Positions 36,975 through 50,004 of a DNA stretch of 64,000 nucleotides are shown piece after piece. Origin of the DNA: Neoechinorhynchus agilis (lineage: Eukaryota > Animalia > Acanthocephala); assembly GCA_051530055.1 (NCBI GenBank), contig CM121342.1, positions 5,083,489 through 5,147,488 of the forward strand. The letters are read 5' to 3'. Position 1 is the stretch's first letter. Each line of letters begins with the position of its first letter. The notes beneath the pieces were generated by a model. That model was not told the DNA's origin. It saw nothing but the letters and a program-made list of their open reading frames with translations, and did no database searches. A program made the translations under genes and the position numbers.

Positions 36975-39892
36975 TTATTTGGCTTGTGAACCATTATCCC
37001 GTAGAGCACATTGATTGGGCAATACAAACAATGCCGCCGATATAGTCATGATCATATGCCAGAAGCTATGAGCGATCCAATAGTCTTCTTTGGATCTCCA
37101 TACAATGAAGGAAATAAGTCCAAGTGCGGCTAATATCGTAGCAGTGAGATAAAACATCAGAATATTTCTTAGAGGCTGATACATCGTTCCTTCGGTGCGG
37201 CTCTTGTAAACCTTTTAAACGTTTTTTTTCTTAGTGTTAACTGGTATAAGAATACCCAACTGGAGATCATTATAATAACCGCGACACTTGTAATAACAAA
37301 TAATCCGATCATATTGGATTCGTCAGCCAGGACGCTTATCGTCGATGCAAATATGCAGCCAAAGTAGAGGAAGCTTGATACTTTAGGGCTCACTGCCGTC
37401 AATGATATGGCGATTATTGAGAATAAGGTGTAAGCGAAGACGAAGTCACTGATTTTCAGTTTGTAAATATGGCAAAACTGTAAACGGATTGATGAGAGGT
37501 AATTTTGAAGAACAAATATTTGAAATATTCTGGTAGGTGAAAGCTGCAAAGTTGAAAATGAAAAGCATTTCGCAACTTTAAGACGGTTTTAAAAGCTGTA
37601 AGCGAGTGCAATTAAAGAGATCAAAAATTGAGAACGTTTCTCTGCTTTCTTTAATCCTGGCGAGACTTACGGTTGAACAGAAGAGCAAATAAAGTGCACA
37701 AAGTGCCATTATGTGGTTTTTTCTATAAATAAAGATTCCGACAACGAATAGGAACAATAAGTTACTAAGAGCAAAGAAAAGCATTTCGCCAAATCTTATT
37801 GCATTTTCACTTAGCTGCGAGCAGTCATTGCCAGAATAGCCTAAAAACCATCCTAAGTTTTTTTGTTATTTTAAACGCTAAAAGCTAACCGAAATTGCAT
37901 CTGCAGCTATATAATGGAAGATCATTGTTCAATGATGCAACACAAACTCCTCGGTTGGAACAGCTTTCACAAGCCTTCAAAATCGGTTGTGGAGCACTTG
38001 AGTTGTCGTTTTTTGTTCTGTTGTACACCAAGAACCACCAACCGGATCGTGGATATTTTATATCGGGTAATGATGGGGAGTTTTGGTTTGAACATTGCTT
38101 TCTAGGAACGTATAGATGTCCTTCAGTCCTTAAGTCGAATTCGTTCAAGAGACACACATTTAGTAAGGTTTCCTGGAATAAATATTGACTAGTAGTGATG
38201 CTTTATAAAACGGACAATAATTGGTTTTATAGGATCGAAGACCTAGAGAATTACATTTAGGCGAACTGTTAATTAATAGAGACTTTTAAATCCACAACTC
38301 TATGTGTGCCTTAATTAGAAATTGCTCCGGACTAACCGTTTCTTTTTTAAACGAGCTACCAACAATTTAAGTATTTTAAGCCTTCTTTTCAACGACGAGG
38401 CGCCTAAACGCTTTTCTGTACCTCATTAAGTGTTAAAGTTCGTCCAGTTTGCTCATCCCGAATATAAAACAAATTGAAATAAATTCCTGGCATTGTTTCA
38501 TTATCAAACTGAAAAAGTTGGACGTTATCGTTCACCGAACCCATCAATGATGGAAGCCTAATGGTGTTTTTGAAATCTAAACGCTTTTTTAATGCTGAAA
38601 CGAACTAGAAATTACGAATACCTTCTTCCTTTATGATATATCTGATTGGAATCGGGTTTGTATCGATATTTGCATCAATTCGAATATATATCCGATCGTT
38701 TGGATATACCAACGGTAGCTCCATGGGTTTATTGTCTAGTTTGCCTTTAGATTAATCGTAACTGCAGAATCCTTAAGCTTTTCTAGACTTACTTTTTGTT
38801 CGAACACTCACAATTCTATTCCGAAGAAGATGAGCACGAACGGTAATATTTGACGAGTTTGATGATAGAAGGCATTTGATTCTTTTAAAGTAACCGTAGT
38901 ACGGAATGCTATTGAAAGAAAAGATTTGTGAAATCGGGCATGAGATTTCTTGTTAGGAACTCTACAATATTCACTAATTGATTTAGTCAAAAAATACTGT
39001 TTTCCTTTCGTCTAATAGTTTTTCCACCCCGCCGGATTTAAGTTAACTAATTTATTTCCTCGACATTTCACCTCTCGTTTAATTCCACAATTTCAGCCGC
39101 CCCCAATCCCGAGGTTTGTCATTGTTTAAGTGTTTTAATCGCAGTGCAATCGCAATAAAAGGCTTCTTGATGGAAAAATAATTAATTGGGGCATCATAAT
39201 ATTAAATCTTAGCCGTCGGTACCATTTAAGAATGAATGGGAAAAGAAATAAAGCTTTCCATGTAAATTATTTTTGTATTTAAGGCGAGTTTTTAAAAGAT
39301 TCCTCAAGAGACTTACCGAAATAGATTTAGTCCATTTTTGATCATCAATGAATCGTTATGTGGTTCGTCAACGTTCACAGTATCGAAGCAAACCATCAAC
39401 CCGGTAACAAACGGAGAACCACTTGACTCCTATAGAGTTATTTCGGTGGCTGTTTAAACTTAAGAGAGGGAAAAAGAATATACAATATCTTTAAAGAAAT
39501 AAGTTTGGGTTACATAAAGGTTTCCAGGCTCATATCGATTTAGCTCGACATCAATAGAGAAGTTATTATATTCGTTAAGTGGAAGTCTTGGTGCACTTCC
39601 CTCAGCAATGAACGTGTTTTCGTCTGGAATGAAGATTGGGCTAGCGCCTGAGCGGATATTTCTGAATTCGACATTATTTCTATAAATTGCGCATTTCTTA
39701 GACTTACAGCACAACCATTTCGATTCCTGAATGATTTAGTAACTTGATATTGATTTCTTCGACGTTGTCGGGTATTCGGAACATAATTGCAGGTTTCGGA
39801 ATATCCATAGGGATAACATGGGATATTTGGAATTGGCACTGATCCCAACAACAAGCAGTGGACGAGATTGCGACGACGACAAAAAGAAACAT
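36975..39892 (-). CDS. TMEM8/PGAP6 (myomaker-superfamily) protein, multi-exon
   Basis: Signal peptide at 39892, IRSGASPIFIP, YPRSGWWFLV, EGF-like CESCSNRGVC...CRCNFG, ALSNLLFL, several TM segments, and a C-terminal DYWIAHSFWH motif. Confidence 0.8.
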
Positions 39893-42585
39893 TTAGTGCA
39901 CTTTTTAGACTTGGCGGTCCAAAGAAAATGCCTTGTAAACGCTTTGTGATGTTGACAAGTTTGCAAAAAAAACGAAGGGACCATTTGAAAGCTCGAATCT
40001 CGATGCTTCCCTTCAATATACCTGCATCCAATAAAATCGATGCAACCAAATATCTACCAAAAAATGCTGCGTGTTAATTTATCTATTTATTTCAAATGAA
40101 GACTGTTGTACTGTTATACGGATAAATTTAGTTGCTTGAGACTCTACTGAATCCTAAATGAAGAATTGAAAGAGAGAAGGAGAGTAGGAGCTGAGTTTGA
40201 GCGATCTCTAAACTCCTCTTAGAAGTTTAATCTTTTTTTCTTCGTTTAGAGAATGTCTTGTTTTCATCGACTTCAACGATAAATAAAAGTTGAAGCTTCT
40301 TTATGTTGTCCATTTAGAGCGCTAAATAGTAAATCTATCGCTGACCAAAAAAATCAGATTCGTGAATATTACGATAAAATCAACGTTCACATCGAAGATT
40401 ATTACAATTTTTTTGTTGTTTAAGTTCATTTCGCAATATTTCAGATATGAGTTGGCCGGTATTTTCGATACCTCTCAATCTCGTGGACTGTTTTCAAAAA
40501 AGCGCAAAATTCTTATTATTGATTGCAAATATCAGTTGATTAGTTTGTTTTTTCAAAGATGTTAAATTTGGAAATTGTGTGCCATTTCCGACGATAAATC
40601 ATCGCAGCCATAAGTTACACTCGGTCACGATAAAAAAAGAATATATAATTTTTATAATCTTTAATTTGAAGAAGGAACGCTGTCCACTTTGTATCCGCAA
40701 TGAAGATTCTAAATGAACATTTAACATCGATCGTTGTGGATTCTTTAACAATGGAATAGATGGCGGGGTCGATTTTTTTGTAACCAGCAAATCAATCTTT
40801 AGAGCAATCAAATCTCGGAACGAATCCGTTGGAAACAAAACGTCCAATTCATCATTTTTGTTCTTCGCTAAATCGACCCGATAATCCGTACATTCGTCTG
40901 TTTTCATTTCTGATTCGTCGGTATTTCCGAATCAAAAATGAACTAAAACTCGATCCACGTTTTGATTGAAGATCGTAGTTGTGATGCTTGTTCGTTTCCT
41001 AAAGAGCAAGAATTAATATTGGCCTCTGGAAATTAAATAACAATTTACGAAGAAGATACTACAAAAAAAACTTACTACTCATTCACAGGACTGTTAAATT
41101 TGTCTATGAGAATGGAGATTACAAACTTCTTTTCTGCTTTATAGATAACAAATTCAGGATTTATGATTTGAAAGGAACATTTATTGATCTTTAGCCAAGT
41201 CCAAATGCTTGCATTATTCACAATGTGTGGATGGAAATCGAAATTCAAGATCTTGGACTTAAAGTCTACAGTATACACGGGACGTTGAAGAAATTTCTGC
41301 TGTTCCGTTTTTTCGACATAAAATTATAGATATTGATGTTTGTTTTCCTGACTTCAAGACGTCCTCATTCGTGAAATTCACTTTGGCTATCGAACATTGC
41401 AAAACATCCACTTCCCTATAATTGTCTTAAACTGAATTTACTAGAATTTTAGGAATTATCTATTCGCGCTTGGTGATTTTTCAAATTCACTTGATCAATA
41501 TTGTTTGTCTGATGCCTTGAATGTATTGAAAAGTTTATAAATGTCGATCAAACCAGTCACTTAATTTCGTTATTGGAAAGAAATATCGATTATCTCAATA
41601 TTCGTCGCTCGTTGTGTCCACTGCTGAGTCTTAGCGATCGTAATGCCGCCCTTCAGCGAGCGGCTAGAGGAGTGGATAAACACTAGCAGCGAAGTGGATA
41701 ATTTTATTGATTTCGTTATTTCAAATAAACAGATGACAAAAGCATCATCCGGACATCGATGCAAAATCTTGAGCTTCTCATTCATGGACGACGATTTTCT
41801 GAATTTATCCTACTGATCAACATTTGTCTAGGTGAAGAGTTCAATGATGAAGTCGAAAAGGTCGTGAAGATGATGGCCGTCACGGAAACATGCATTTTTG
41901 AACAAATTTTAAAGAATTTCCCCGGACTTAAGTAAAAACTACCAACCTTAATGCAATTTGATCTCGAACTATCGCTGATTCATTAAAGCAACGTCTTCAA
42001 CTCGTGCCGAATTAGAAACCTTTTCCAATGACCTGATAGATTTTTTCTGTCGGTTGGCAATTGATGATACGAAACTAACAGAGATGAGAATGTTATTCAA
42101 TTTTAATCGGATTTAAAAGAAAACACAACTACAGTTCAGAGTCCTCTGATTACCATGAACTCGTGTTGTACACAAAAAATATAACGCTCTCACCATTTGC
42201 GATCGAATATCGATTACGGCCCTGCAAAAATGCGGGAAAATGAGAACATCTCGTGCAAAATGACTGAATCCGGCAAACTAAAAACTGGCTGACCAGGGAA
42301 TATTAAATGACCTTTACTATTTTATTGGCTGCTAAGCAGAGAAACAATTATCAATTGATCGGGAATTGAGTCGGTCATTCATCTTTCTCGTACATTACTG
42401 CCTTCAAAGGAATTAGAATCTTAATTTCCATCAGATTATTGATTTCGATTATTGGAACATGTTATTTTTTTCTGACAATTTGCAATAAGAAGGGGACCTT
42501 TAAAATCTTCAAGATAAAAATTAAATTGTTTCTATGGCAACGGATTAAAGCCTAAAGATAACAATTAATGCCTTCGGTGGTTTAA

Positions 42586-43287
42586 ATGTCTACAGAGTTC
42601 AATCTTGACGCTCAAAACGTAAAGAGAGATTCGTCTCGTAAATCGCAAAGTACTGAAAAGTTTAAACGTGAGAATAACATTGAGAAGGTAAATATTGAAA
42701 AGATGATGGTCATTGAAGAAATTAAACCGCTAATGGCAGAAGGACGTTTTCAATTAGGTGTTCAAAGGGATGCAATTTGGAGCGGACAGAGGAAATCTAT
42801 CTTTTGGACGGACGATAGACCTGCACCGCAATCGGTGCAACTCGAGCCATCCTTCCGAGAGGCCAACAGAAGCGAATTACGAATTCTGTGCCTTCCACGT
42901 GCGCAAAACGTCGTTCAAAAGAAGAGAAAACGGCCGATAACATTAAACGAAAAGGATTTTGAACGATTCTCGAATTTGAATTACAATGAGCCAAAGAAAC
43001 GCATAAGAAAAAAGGATTCAACGTGCCCGTGTCCGATTTGCGACACCCTTGAACCGATTGAAGTCGTTCGAGGAATCGGCCCAAAGACAGGGATTTGGTT
43101 GCGGGATCAAAATATCAACAGTCAGTTCAGTCTCATCGAACATTTAAATAAAATTGGAGTGGATGCATTTGCGAGGTGGCTCGGGGAATGCCCTACTGTT
43201 AACCGAAGACGTTTATTCATGATTATAAAATCAACTGAAGTGGCAAAAAGATCAGTCGACGAATACAAAACACGGAAAAGAAGTTGA
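42586..43287 (+). CDS. Protein with a C-terminal BAF (barrier-to-autointegration factor)-like HhH domain and a long N-terminal extension
   Basis: 233 aa. EPIEVVRGIGPKTGIWLRDQNINSQFSLIEHL...AFARWL aligns by eye to BAF KPVxxLAGIGxxLGxxLxxxGFxxAYxVLGQF...FxxWL. Confidence 0.6.
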   Translation: MSTEFNLDAQNVKRDSSRKSQSTEKFKRENNIEKVNIEKMMVIEEIKPLMAEGRFQLGVQRDAIWSGQRKSIFWTDDRPAPQSVQLEPSFREANRSELRILCLPRAQNVVQKKRKRPITLNEKDFERFSNLNYNEPKKRIRKKDSTCPCPICDTLEPIEVVRGIGPKTGIWLRDQNINSQFSLIEHLNKIGVDAFARWLGECPTVNRRRLFMIIKSTEVAKRSVDEYKTRKRS

Positions 43288-44052
43288 TTTTTGCGCTTTA
43301 AATATAAAAAAATATATAATGTAACGTCTACATTCTTGTGCGCATTTTTAGTATTAGATTAAAACATAAATTAAAAGCATTAAACCGACTTTTATACTCG
43401 ATTTCAATAATGAGCTTATAAGTGAATTTCTATTATATTTTGTTGATATTTAATTGAAGCCATTTTACTCATTGTTGATCACTTTAAAATCTTCAAATCT
43501 CACGAAACCAAATTCGGCCTCAACATTTCGATAAAAAGAGGGAGATTTAGTGGATTTGCTATAGAAAGCAAAGAATGCAAAATTGAAATGTTCGGTCTTT
43601 GTCAAAGTCGTCGAGATTAAATCATTGTGGGGGATCCGCGGTTGATACCGGTCTTTAAGATAAGAAATTGGACACGAATGCTGGAATTCACATGACTTCC
43701 TTGCCAAATATTTCTATAAAATACGGTTTATCTTGGATTATCATCACAACAACTAAAACCTTATTATTCCGAAGGACTTTTTCCCACTGATTTTGTTCTA
43801 GTAGATGAATATATTCTCCAAGAGACTTTAAGGCGGCGTCCTAACTTATTCTATAAATAATTGATTTTTCCCCACGACGGAAATGATAAAGATCACTAAC
43901 AGTTTATGGCACCAGTGTTTTTACAATGAGAAGAATTGTTTTTTTGTTACATGTCACACCGAAATGGAATGTCTCGAGTGATTCCTTCCTATCGTATTTA
44001 CCAATCAATCGATTCACCCCTTAATTGTTTTTTTGGAAAAAATAATATATTT

Positions 44053-44751
44053 TTAACAATTCAAACAATCTGTTTGAAGCACACTCGCCACCTCCCGCCG
44101 AATTCCAGCTTTTGTCCTTCCTCGACCGTCGCCACCACGCTGGCAGCATTGCCCCGTTGTACTGCTAGCGAGATATTTTGTCGAAGGAATATGCCTGCTC
44201 TTGAGTCTCCTGTTGCCTCTCTCAATTTCTTCGAGAGATCCTGGAGCAGAGGGTGCCGAGCTGTCGAGCGCTCCATACGTCTCTACCCCAAAGGGGACAA
44301 AATAGTGAGCCCTCGATAGCTGAATATATTTTCGTACCTTCCTCCCTTCCGCTGCACTGGCGGCACCACCGGCGATTTCGAGGGAGTAGGGGATGTTGCT
44401 GGCTGCGAGGGTGTCCACACACGTGGCGTCCCAGAGAAGGCATTTGCCCTCCCGCCACGGGAAGACCGAAATTCCATCGGGCCTACGGCCGTCTAGTCTA
44501 CAGAGGTGGGCGGGTTCCAGGATGTTCGGGAAGTTCGCCGTTCTCAACGCCCGAGAAATTGCGTTATTGATTTCAGAATGGCGTGAGAACCTTCCTGCTG
44601 ACCTTCTGCAGACGAGACCGTGTCGTCCGAAAGCATCAACCAAAGACCCACATCGACAGCGATGGGGCGTGCATATCGGGAGACCAAGTCTCAAGGATAC
44701 TGCGATATTATCTTTCAAAAACTGAATCGAGGATCTTGCACGATTAATCAA
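44053..44751 (-). mobile_element. CRE-like non-LTR retrotransposon 3' part (CCHC zinc knuckle plus RLE endonuclease), one frameshift
   Basis: CRCGSLVDAFGRHGLVC...RHSEIN...RPDG...WDATCVDTLA...RKY...FVPFGVET, then QNISLAVQRGNAASV in a shifted frame. Confidence 0.93.
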
Positions 44752-44928
44752 TATTTTTTAAACGCACAAGAAGTGAACTGACGGAAGGTCAAAGACCAAG
44801 TTACATATTTAACAATTCCTTCATATTGAACTCCTTTTATTTCAATCAAATCAATCGCTAAGTCGGTTTAATCCAAAGATATTTCCAGTATGTTTTTTCA
44901 TTGAGTAGAACGGAGATCGGCTCATTGA

Positions 44929-45186
44929 GTGTCGTTGCAAAGTTCAATGAACATGAAAATCAGTAAATCCGCCGATATCCATAGTTATTGGCAATCGTTG
45001 CTTTTTTCGGACTGCGAAATGTCTTTTATATTGGAACAGAAGGAGATCGATAGAGAGAGAGAAAACGCCGAGAAGGAGATTGTCGAGAACTTGGATGTTG
45101 TATTTCTAGAATTTAAACATCGAATTAAACATGAACAGCGGAATGCAAATGTTAATAATAGTTCACGGAGAAGATTGAGAAAATAG
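44929..45186 (+). CDS. Small orphan ORF, paralog A of a convergent inverted pair (possibly an exon)
   Basis: LEQKEIDRERENAEKEIVENLDVVFLEFKHRIKHEQRNA is homologous to the minus-strand copy at 45512-45775. Confidence 0.5.
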   Translation: MSLQSSMNMKISKSADIHSYWQSLLFSDCEMSFILEQKEIDRERENAEKEIVENLDVVFLEFKHRIKHEQRNANVNNSSRRRLRK

Positions 45187-45511
45187 AGCATTCCGAATTT
45201 CTCTGAATAACCACTGAGTTAGATGCTTTTAATGTTTTTGATGGAGAAATGAAAAGTAGAAAGTATGATGGAGTTGCAGTCTTCCTAAATGTTTAAAAAA
45301 AAGAATGTTAAAAAATTGTTGCTTTCGAGTGTTTTGAGTACATTTTTAGGCAAATTCGTCGATGGCATGCAATTGCTTTGTAAATATTTTTTTCGATAGG
45401 AGAAAGGAAACATTTCTGATTCTTATTAGTAGATGGCAAATTTTTTAGGCGAAACCAAAAAATTTTAAACGAAAAAAAAGAAAATGCTCCATCAGATTTA
45501 GTAGTTGAAAT

Positions 45512-45775
45512 TCAAAAAAAACGCGATCTAAAACTGTGGTTATTCCCAGAATCCAATTTCAGAATACTGTATTTGCTCAGTGTTCTTCTCCTTGAACCAT
45601 TATTTAAAATTGCATTCCACTGTTCATGTTGAATCCGCTGTTTAAATTCCAGCAGCACAACATCCAAAATTGCCAAAAATCTCTTTCTCTCGGTATTTCT
45701 CCCCATCGATTTCCTTCTGCTCCAATTCTGCATTTGTAACTTTCCTCTGACTTTTCCCTTTGCTCGTCCTCGCAA
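45512..45775 (-). pseudogene. Paralog B of the inverted pair, with a +1 T frameshift at AATTTTGG
   Basis: LEQKEIDGEKYREKEIFGN / LDVVLLEFKQRIQHEQWNA are split across two frames. Confidence 0.5.
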
Positions 45776-46537
45776 AGTCCCAAAATTCAGTTCGAAAAGT
45801 CATCTTCCGAAGAGCAGCTTAAAGGGTGGCGAAAGTTATGAAGTTAACGAAGCGACCACTTTCGGACGCTGTGAAACTCGATTCTTTCGTGTCTTCGGTT
45901 GTTTGGACGCTTTGTTTATTGTTTGAATGGTGTTTGTTTTTATCTGTTTAAAATTAGAAAAATATTTCAATGAGGCGATGACGCGCAATAATCACGTGAG
46001 CGTCGTACTTTGGATTCCAAAAATCGATGATTATTTATAGCCGATAAATTAACGGTTGAAAGATGTTCCTATGATGTTTCGCAGTGTTTTTGTTATTTTC
46101 AAGTCAAATATTTTAAATTATTAGAGTATTTTCTTATGAAAGTCGTTTTAAAGATTTAGTAGCAAAATTTGATTCTTTGCTTGTCATCGTTGTCCGAGAG
46201 GATATTGGTGAATAAGGAATCGACATCAGTAGTCAGGAACCTGTGATCGGATTGATTGTACCTCTTGATTTGATTATCGAATGTTTATTTTTGTCAGAAC
46301 ATTTTCAGAGGATCTATTCAATTGATGTGGTTTTCTATGACAAAATGAGGTGTAACAGGCAACAATGAGTCTCATGTTCAACACGGTGGATTTTCGGGCA
46401 ACTCACATGAGCGATTTCCTACTATCCTGAATCATCACCGAGTAAAAACGTGTGACGTAACGAACACGACGCTATGTTCTTCCGTGTCTTCACTCCATAG
46501 AAACCTTTCTGCTTCGACTATTCATCATCACGACAAA

Positions 46538-46939
46538 ATGCTGATCTTTTTGCAAGCTGAGGATTCAATTAAAGCTCTTCAGATACCTTCATGTTCTCAA
46601 TCGTTCGTTGAGTTTCTTGAGCTGGCCGGAGTAGATGTGAGGATGGGTTTAAAATCGCTTCAGGATGGATTTTCGTGCGGATCATCGCAGTGCTCAGACG
46701 TGTCCGTTGGTCAGATGATCAAAGATCACGGGAATCGATATTCGTTGTTAGGAGCAGCGGTATTGGGTGGAAAAGTACACGGGAGCTTGGCCCGGGCAGG
46801 TAAAGTGAAAGGTCAGACACCGAAGGTCGAAAAGACTGAAAAAAAGAAGAAGTTGACTGGGCGGGCGAAACGTAGGCAGCAATACGTCAAACGGTTCAAA
46901 AGAAGCGTCGCTGATACGAAAGGGCGAAAGAGGCGATAA
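46538..46939 (+). CDS. FAU: FUBI-ribosomal protein eS30 fusion
   Basis: Diverged ubiquitin-like N-terminus, then LGG|[35 protein letters not shown]. The ATG at 46538 is preferred over the GTG ORF start. Confidence 0.93.
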   Translation: MLIFLQAEDSIKALQIPSCSQSFVEFLELAGVDVRMGLKSLQDGFSCGSSQCSDVSVGQMIKDHGNRYSLLGAAVLGGKVHGSLARAGKVKGQTPKVEKTEKKKKLTGRAKRRQQYVKRFKRSVADTKGRKRR

Positions 46940-47484
46940 TGACGTCATATAAACTAATTCTTCGTGATGGTCGGACACCGACGAGAGTTATTGTGCTTCC
47001 GAGACACCAATAATTTTAGAAGATCTTTCGTGACACTTTTAAATCCCTTCTTTTAGATACTTCAAGTCGATTGTTGCGATCTTTTTTTCTCTTAATTTGC
47101 TCTTTGAGAAAGGAGTGCACCATTTTAGTGTGCCAATTCATAGGAGAAAATGAAATTAAGAATTTGATATTTCGATCCACAATCTCGGATCTTCTTCAGC
47201 GATTGTTTGCATCCAAATACTTTTCAACAATTATTTTATTAATAACACGTTTCCGAATGATTCGTAGACCGGCAACGCTTGTTTCTCTAAAACCACTACA
47301 TGCTCAACAAAAGACACTTGAGCAAATCTTTCATTTGAGCTCCCCCCAACACTATAATTTTAACTCTTGATCGTTCGAAAAACCGCTTACGTCATCACTC
47401 GTGTGGATTCTTCCCGCTCTTCTTACAACAAGACTTTGATGTGGTGCTCACATCGTTTCAATTTTTCTGTTTTAGACCCGAAAA

Positions 47485-49150
47485 ATGGCATCGCCATCGC
47501 GAAGATCGCCAGATTCTAACGGTTGTTACCGAAAACGAAGACTGATTGATGGTGGACGTCGTTCCATCAGTGGCCATCGGTATTCTTCTAAAAAAGCACA
47601 TCCATCCTCATCGTACAGTCGAAATGTGTACGACGATCGCCGTCCACCACCTAGGAAACGCTCGTCGTCGTCACCGTCACCGTCCAGTCATCCAACCCGA
47701 AGACGTCATCGTGATCACAGCAGTCGTCCAAGGTATCATTATCCGCCGCGTGAGATTCAAGTTCCTCAATGTGTTCAGTATGATGATCCGAGGAGAGGTA
47801 GGTCGTTGAGCAAAAGAAGACGACGAAGACGACGATCTTCGCCTTCAATGTCGCCAATGCATGCCATGAGAGCGCTCCCACCACCTCCGGTTCCGCCAAG
47901 ATCACCTTCATACGGACGACGACGGCCATCTCCTAGATATCGTAACCGGGTTAGCACAAATGGACACAATGGGTTTGTTTTATAAATCTCTTGCTTTTTA
48001 TCCATTTGTGCTCAATAGAAGTGGCAGTCCCCTTTCACGACTGCCACCACCGTCGTCGCTGTTACCTCCGCCTCCGCCGCCGCCACCACCACCACCACCA
48101 CCATCACATTATCACGACGATCCACTTCCTCCTCGCCGCTACTCTCGTTCTCCGAGCAGTAACGGCCGTGGTAATGCTCCATTCCGTCACCTTCCAACGC
48201 GAGACTTATCCGAATCTGACTTTTCGTCGAATGCGAGACGATACTCCACTCGAAATCGTTACGATGGTTGGCGCACTCGTATGTCCAAGATACACGAAGA
48301 TGCTTGGACTCAATTCGACGAAGGAACAAAAGGTCATCTGATCGACACTCACTGCCACCTTGATTTTTTGTTCATTAAGATCTCATTCTTCTCTCAGGTG
48401 GACGAATACTTTAAGGTGTTTACTGATGCGTTCTTTCCATGCTTCAAGTCTCTAATAACCATATTCTGCAATCCAGCAAGTCTTCGTCCGTCACAATTCC
48501 GTATATGGTCCCGTATCCTCGACAACCATAAAGTCTATGCTGCCTGTGGTGTCCATCCTCACGCATCGGCTTCATGGAACGACGAGGTCAAAAAGCATTT
48601 AATCGAAGCACTCAGTCACCCGAAAGTGAAAGCCGTTGGTGAATGTGGCATTGATCGGTCTCATAAGAATAGAATTTCGGTGGAAACTCAAGCCAAATGT
48701 CTCAAATCGCAGCTTAAGATCGCTCTCGGTCTAAGGAAACCCGTGGTATTCCATGCTCGTGAAGCGTACGATGAGACTCTTCGTGTAGCCAAGAAGATTC
48801 TCCCACCAGACCATCGTATACATTTGCATTGCTACACGGCCGATTGGGATACAGCTCGTGAATGGATTCAACAGTTTAACAACGTCATGTTCGGATTTAC
48901 GCCACTGTTGACGTTTGCGAACGATCACCGGGTAGCCAAAACCATAGAGAACCTTCCTTTGAGTAGAATTCTCCTTGAGACTGATTCTCCTTACTTTGTG
49001 CCCCGTGAGTTATTCCAAGACACAAACCTGGCTCATCCGGGATTCGTGTACTCGGTCGCTGAAACGATTGCTCGTATCAAAGATGTTACATTGACGGATG
49101 TTGTTCGGCAGACGGAGATCAACGCCCGGGCCTTCTATGATCTGGACTAG
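47485..49150 (+). CDS. TATDN2: TatD-family nuclease with an RS/Pro-rich N-terminus (TATDN2-like); intron 47973-48018
   Basis: LIDTHCHLDF, ACGVHPH, AVGECGID, FHARE, IHLHCY, LLETDSPY. A 46-nt GT-AG intron joins the two ORFs in frame. Confidence 0.88.
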
Positions 49151-50004
49151 AGAGATACCAAGTTTGGTCGAGCGAGAACAGAGAGAGAGATAAAGTCGAT
49201 GTTACGTTTTTGTGGTCTAAAATTCTATAATTTTGACAAGGATACAAGAAGTCGTTTAATTTCAACTGACTAACACCACACGGTTTTTTATATTGTGGAT
49301 CTACACTAGAGAATTGGATATTATGCGTATTTTTGTGAAAGCATTTTTTGTGTTCTGAGATGTTTCTGTTTTGTGGGCTTTCAATGAAGTTATGAGACTT
49401 TACGAGAATATGGACGACATTGAGAAAGTATAGCATTTATACAACCTTGTTGATAACTATTATGGATCCGCGCTTTATAAGAGTTGCTTTAAACGATCTT
49501 TATATTAATACTCTCACACATACCAACAAAAAAAAGTGCCAAATTGAACGCCGATTGATTTTATGCGCATGCCCCTTCACTCATTCACTATTGCAATGTA
49601 CTGTTTATTAAATTTACGTATCTAAGACAATCGATTTCTTTGCAATATCCATCCACATACACACACATATTCTTAATAGTCTTCTTCTCTATGAAACGAA
49701 CAATCAATCGACACAGAGAAAACGTCTCATGGGTGTACAACACAACGATGCCATCACAATTGAGCATTTGTGAAAGACAGAGAAGGTAAACTTTTTTTTT
49801 AAAATCACCCTCATCCTTTTTGTCGTTTCAGTTAACTCAATGGCAAGCGAGAAAGGAAACCTCCTAAAGTTTGTTGCTATATCCTGGAAAAATTAGATTT
49901 TTTATTGTCCAGTCGGGGTCCATTCTTCGGTCCTATAATATCTCGCTCTCAAACACAAAAGGAGTTCGCGATGGTCACACAATAAAAAAGAGAGAATATT
50001 TTAG

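Noticed and set aside
40599-41900. Short minus-strand ORFs upstream of TMEM8
   Set aside because: Possibly a separate multi-exon gene, but there is no recognisable motif. TMEM8 already has its own signal-peptide start at 39892.
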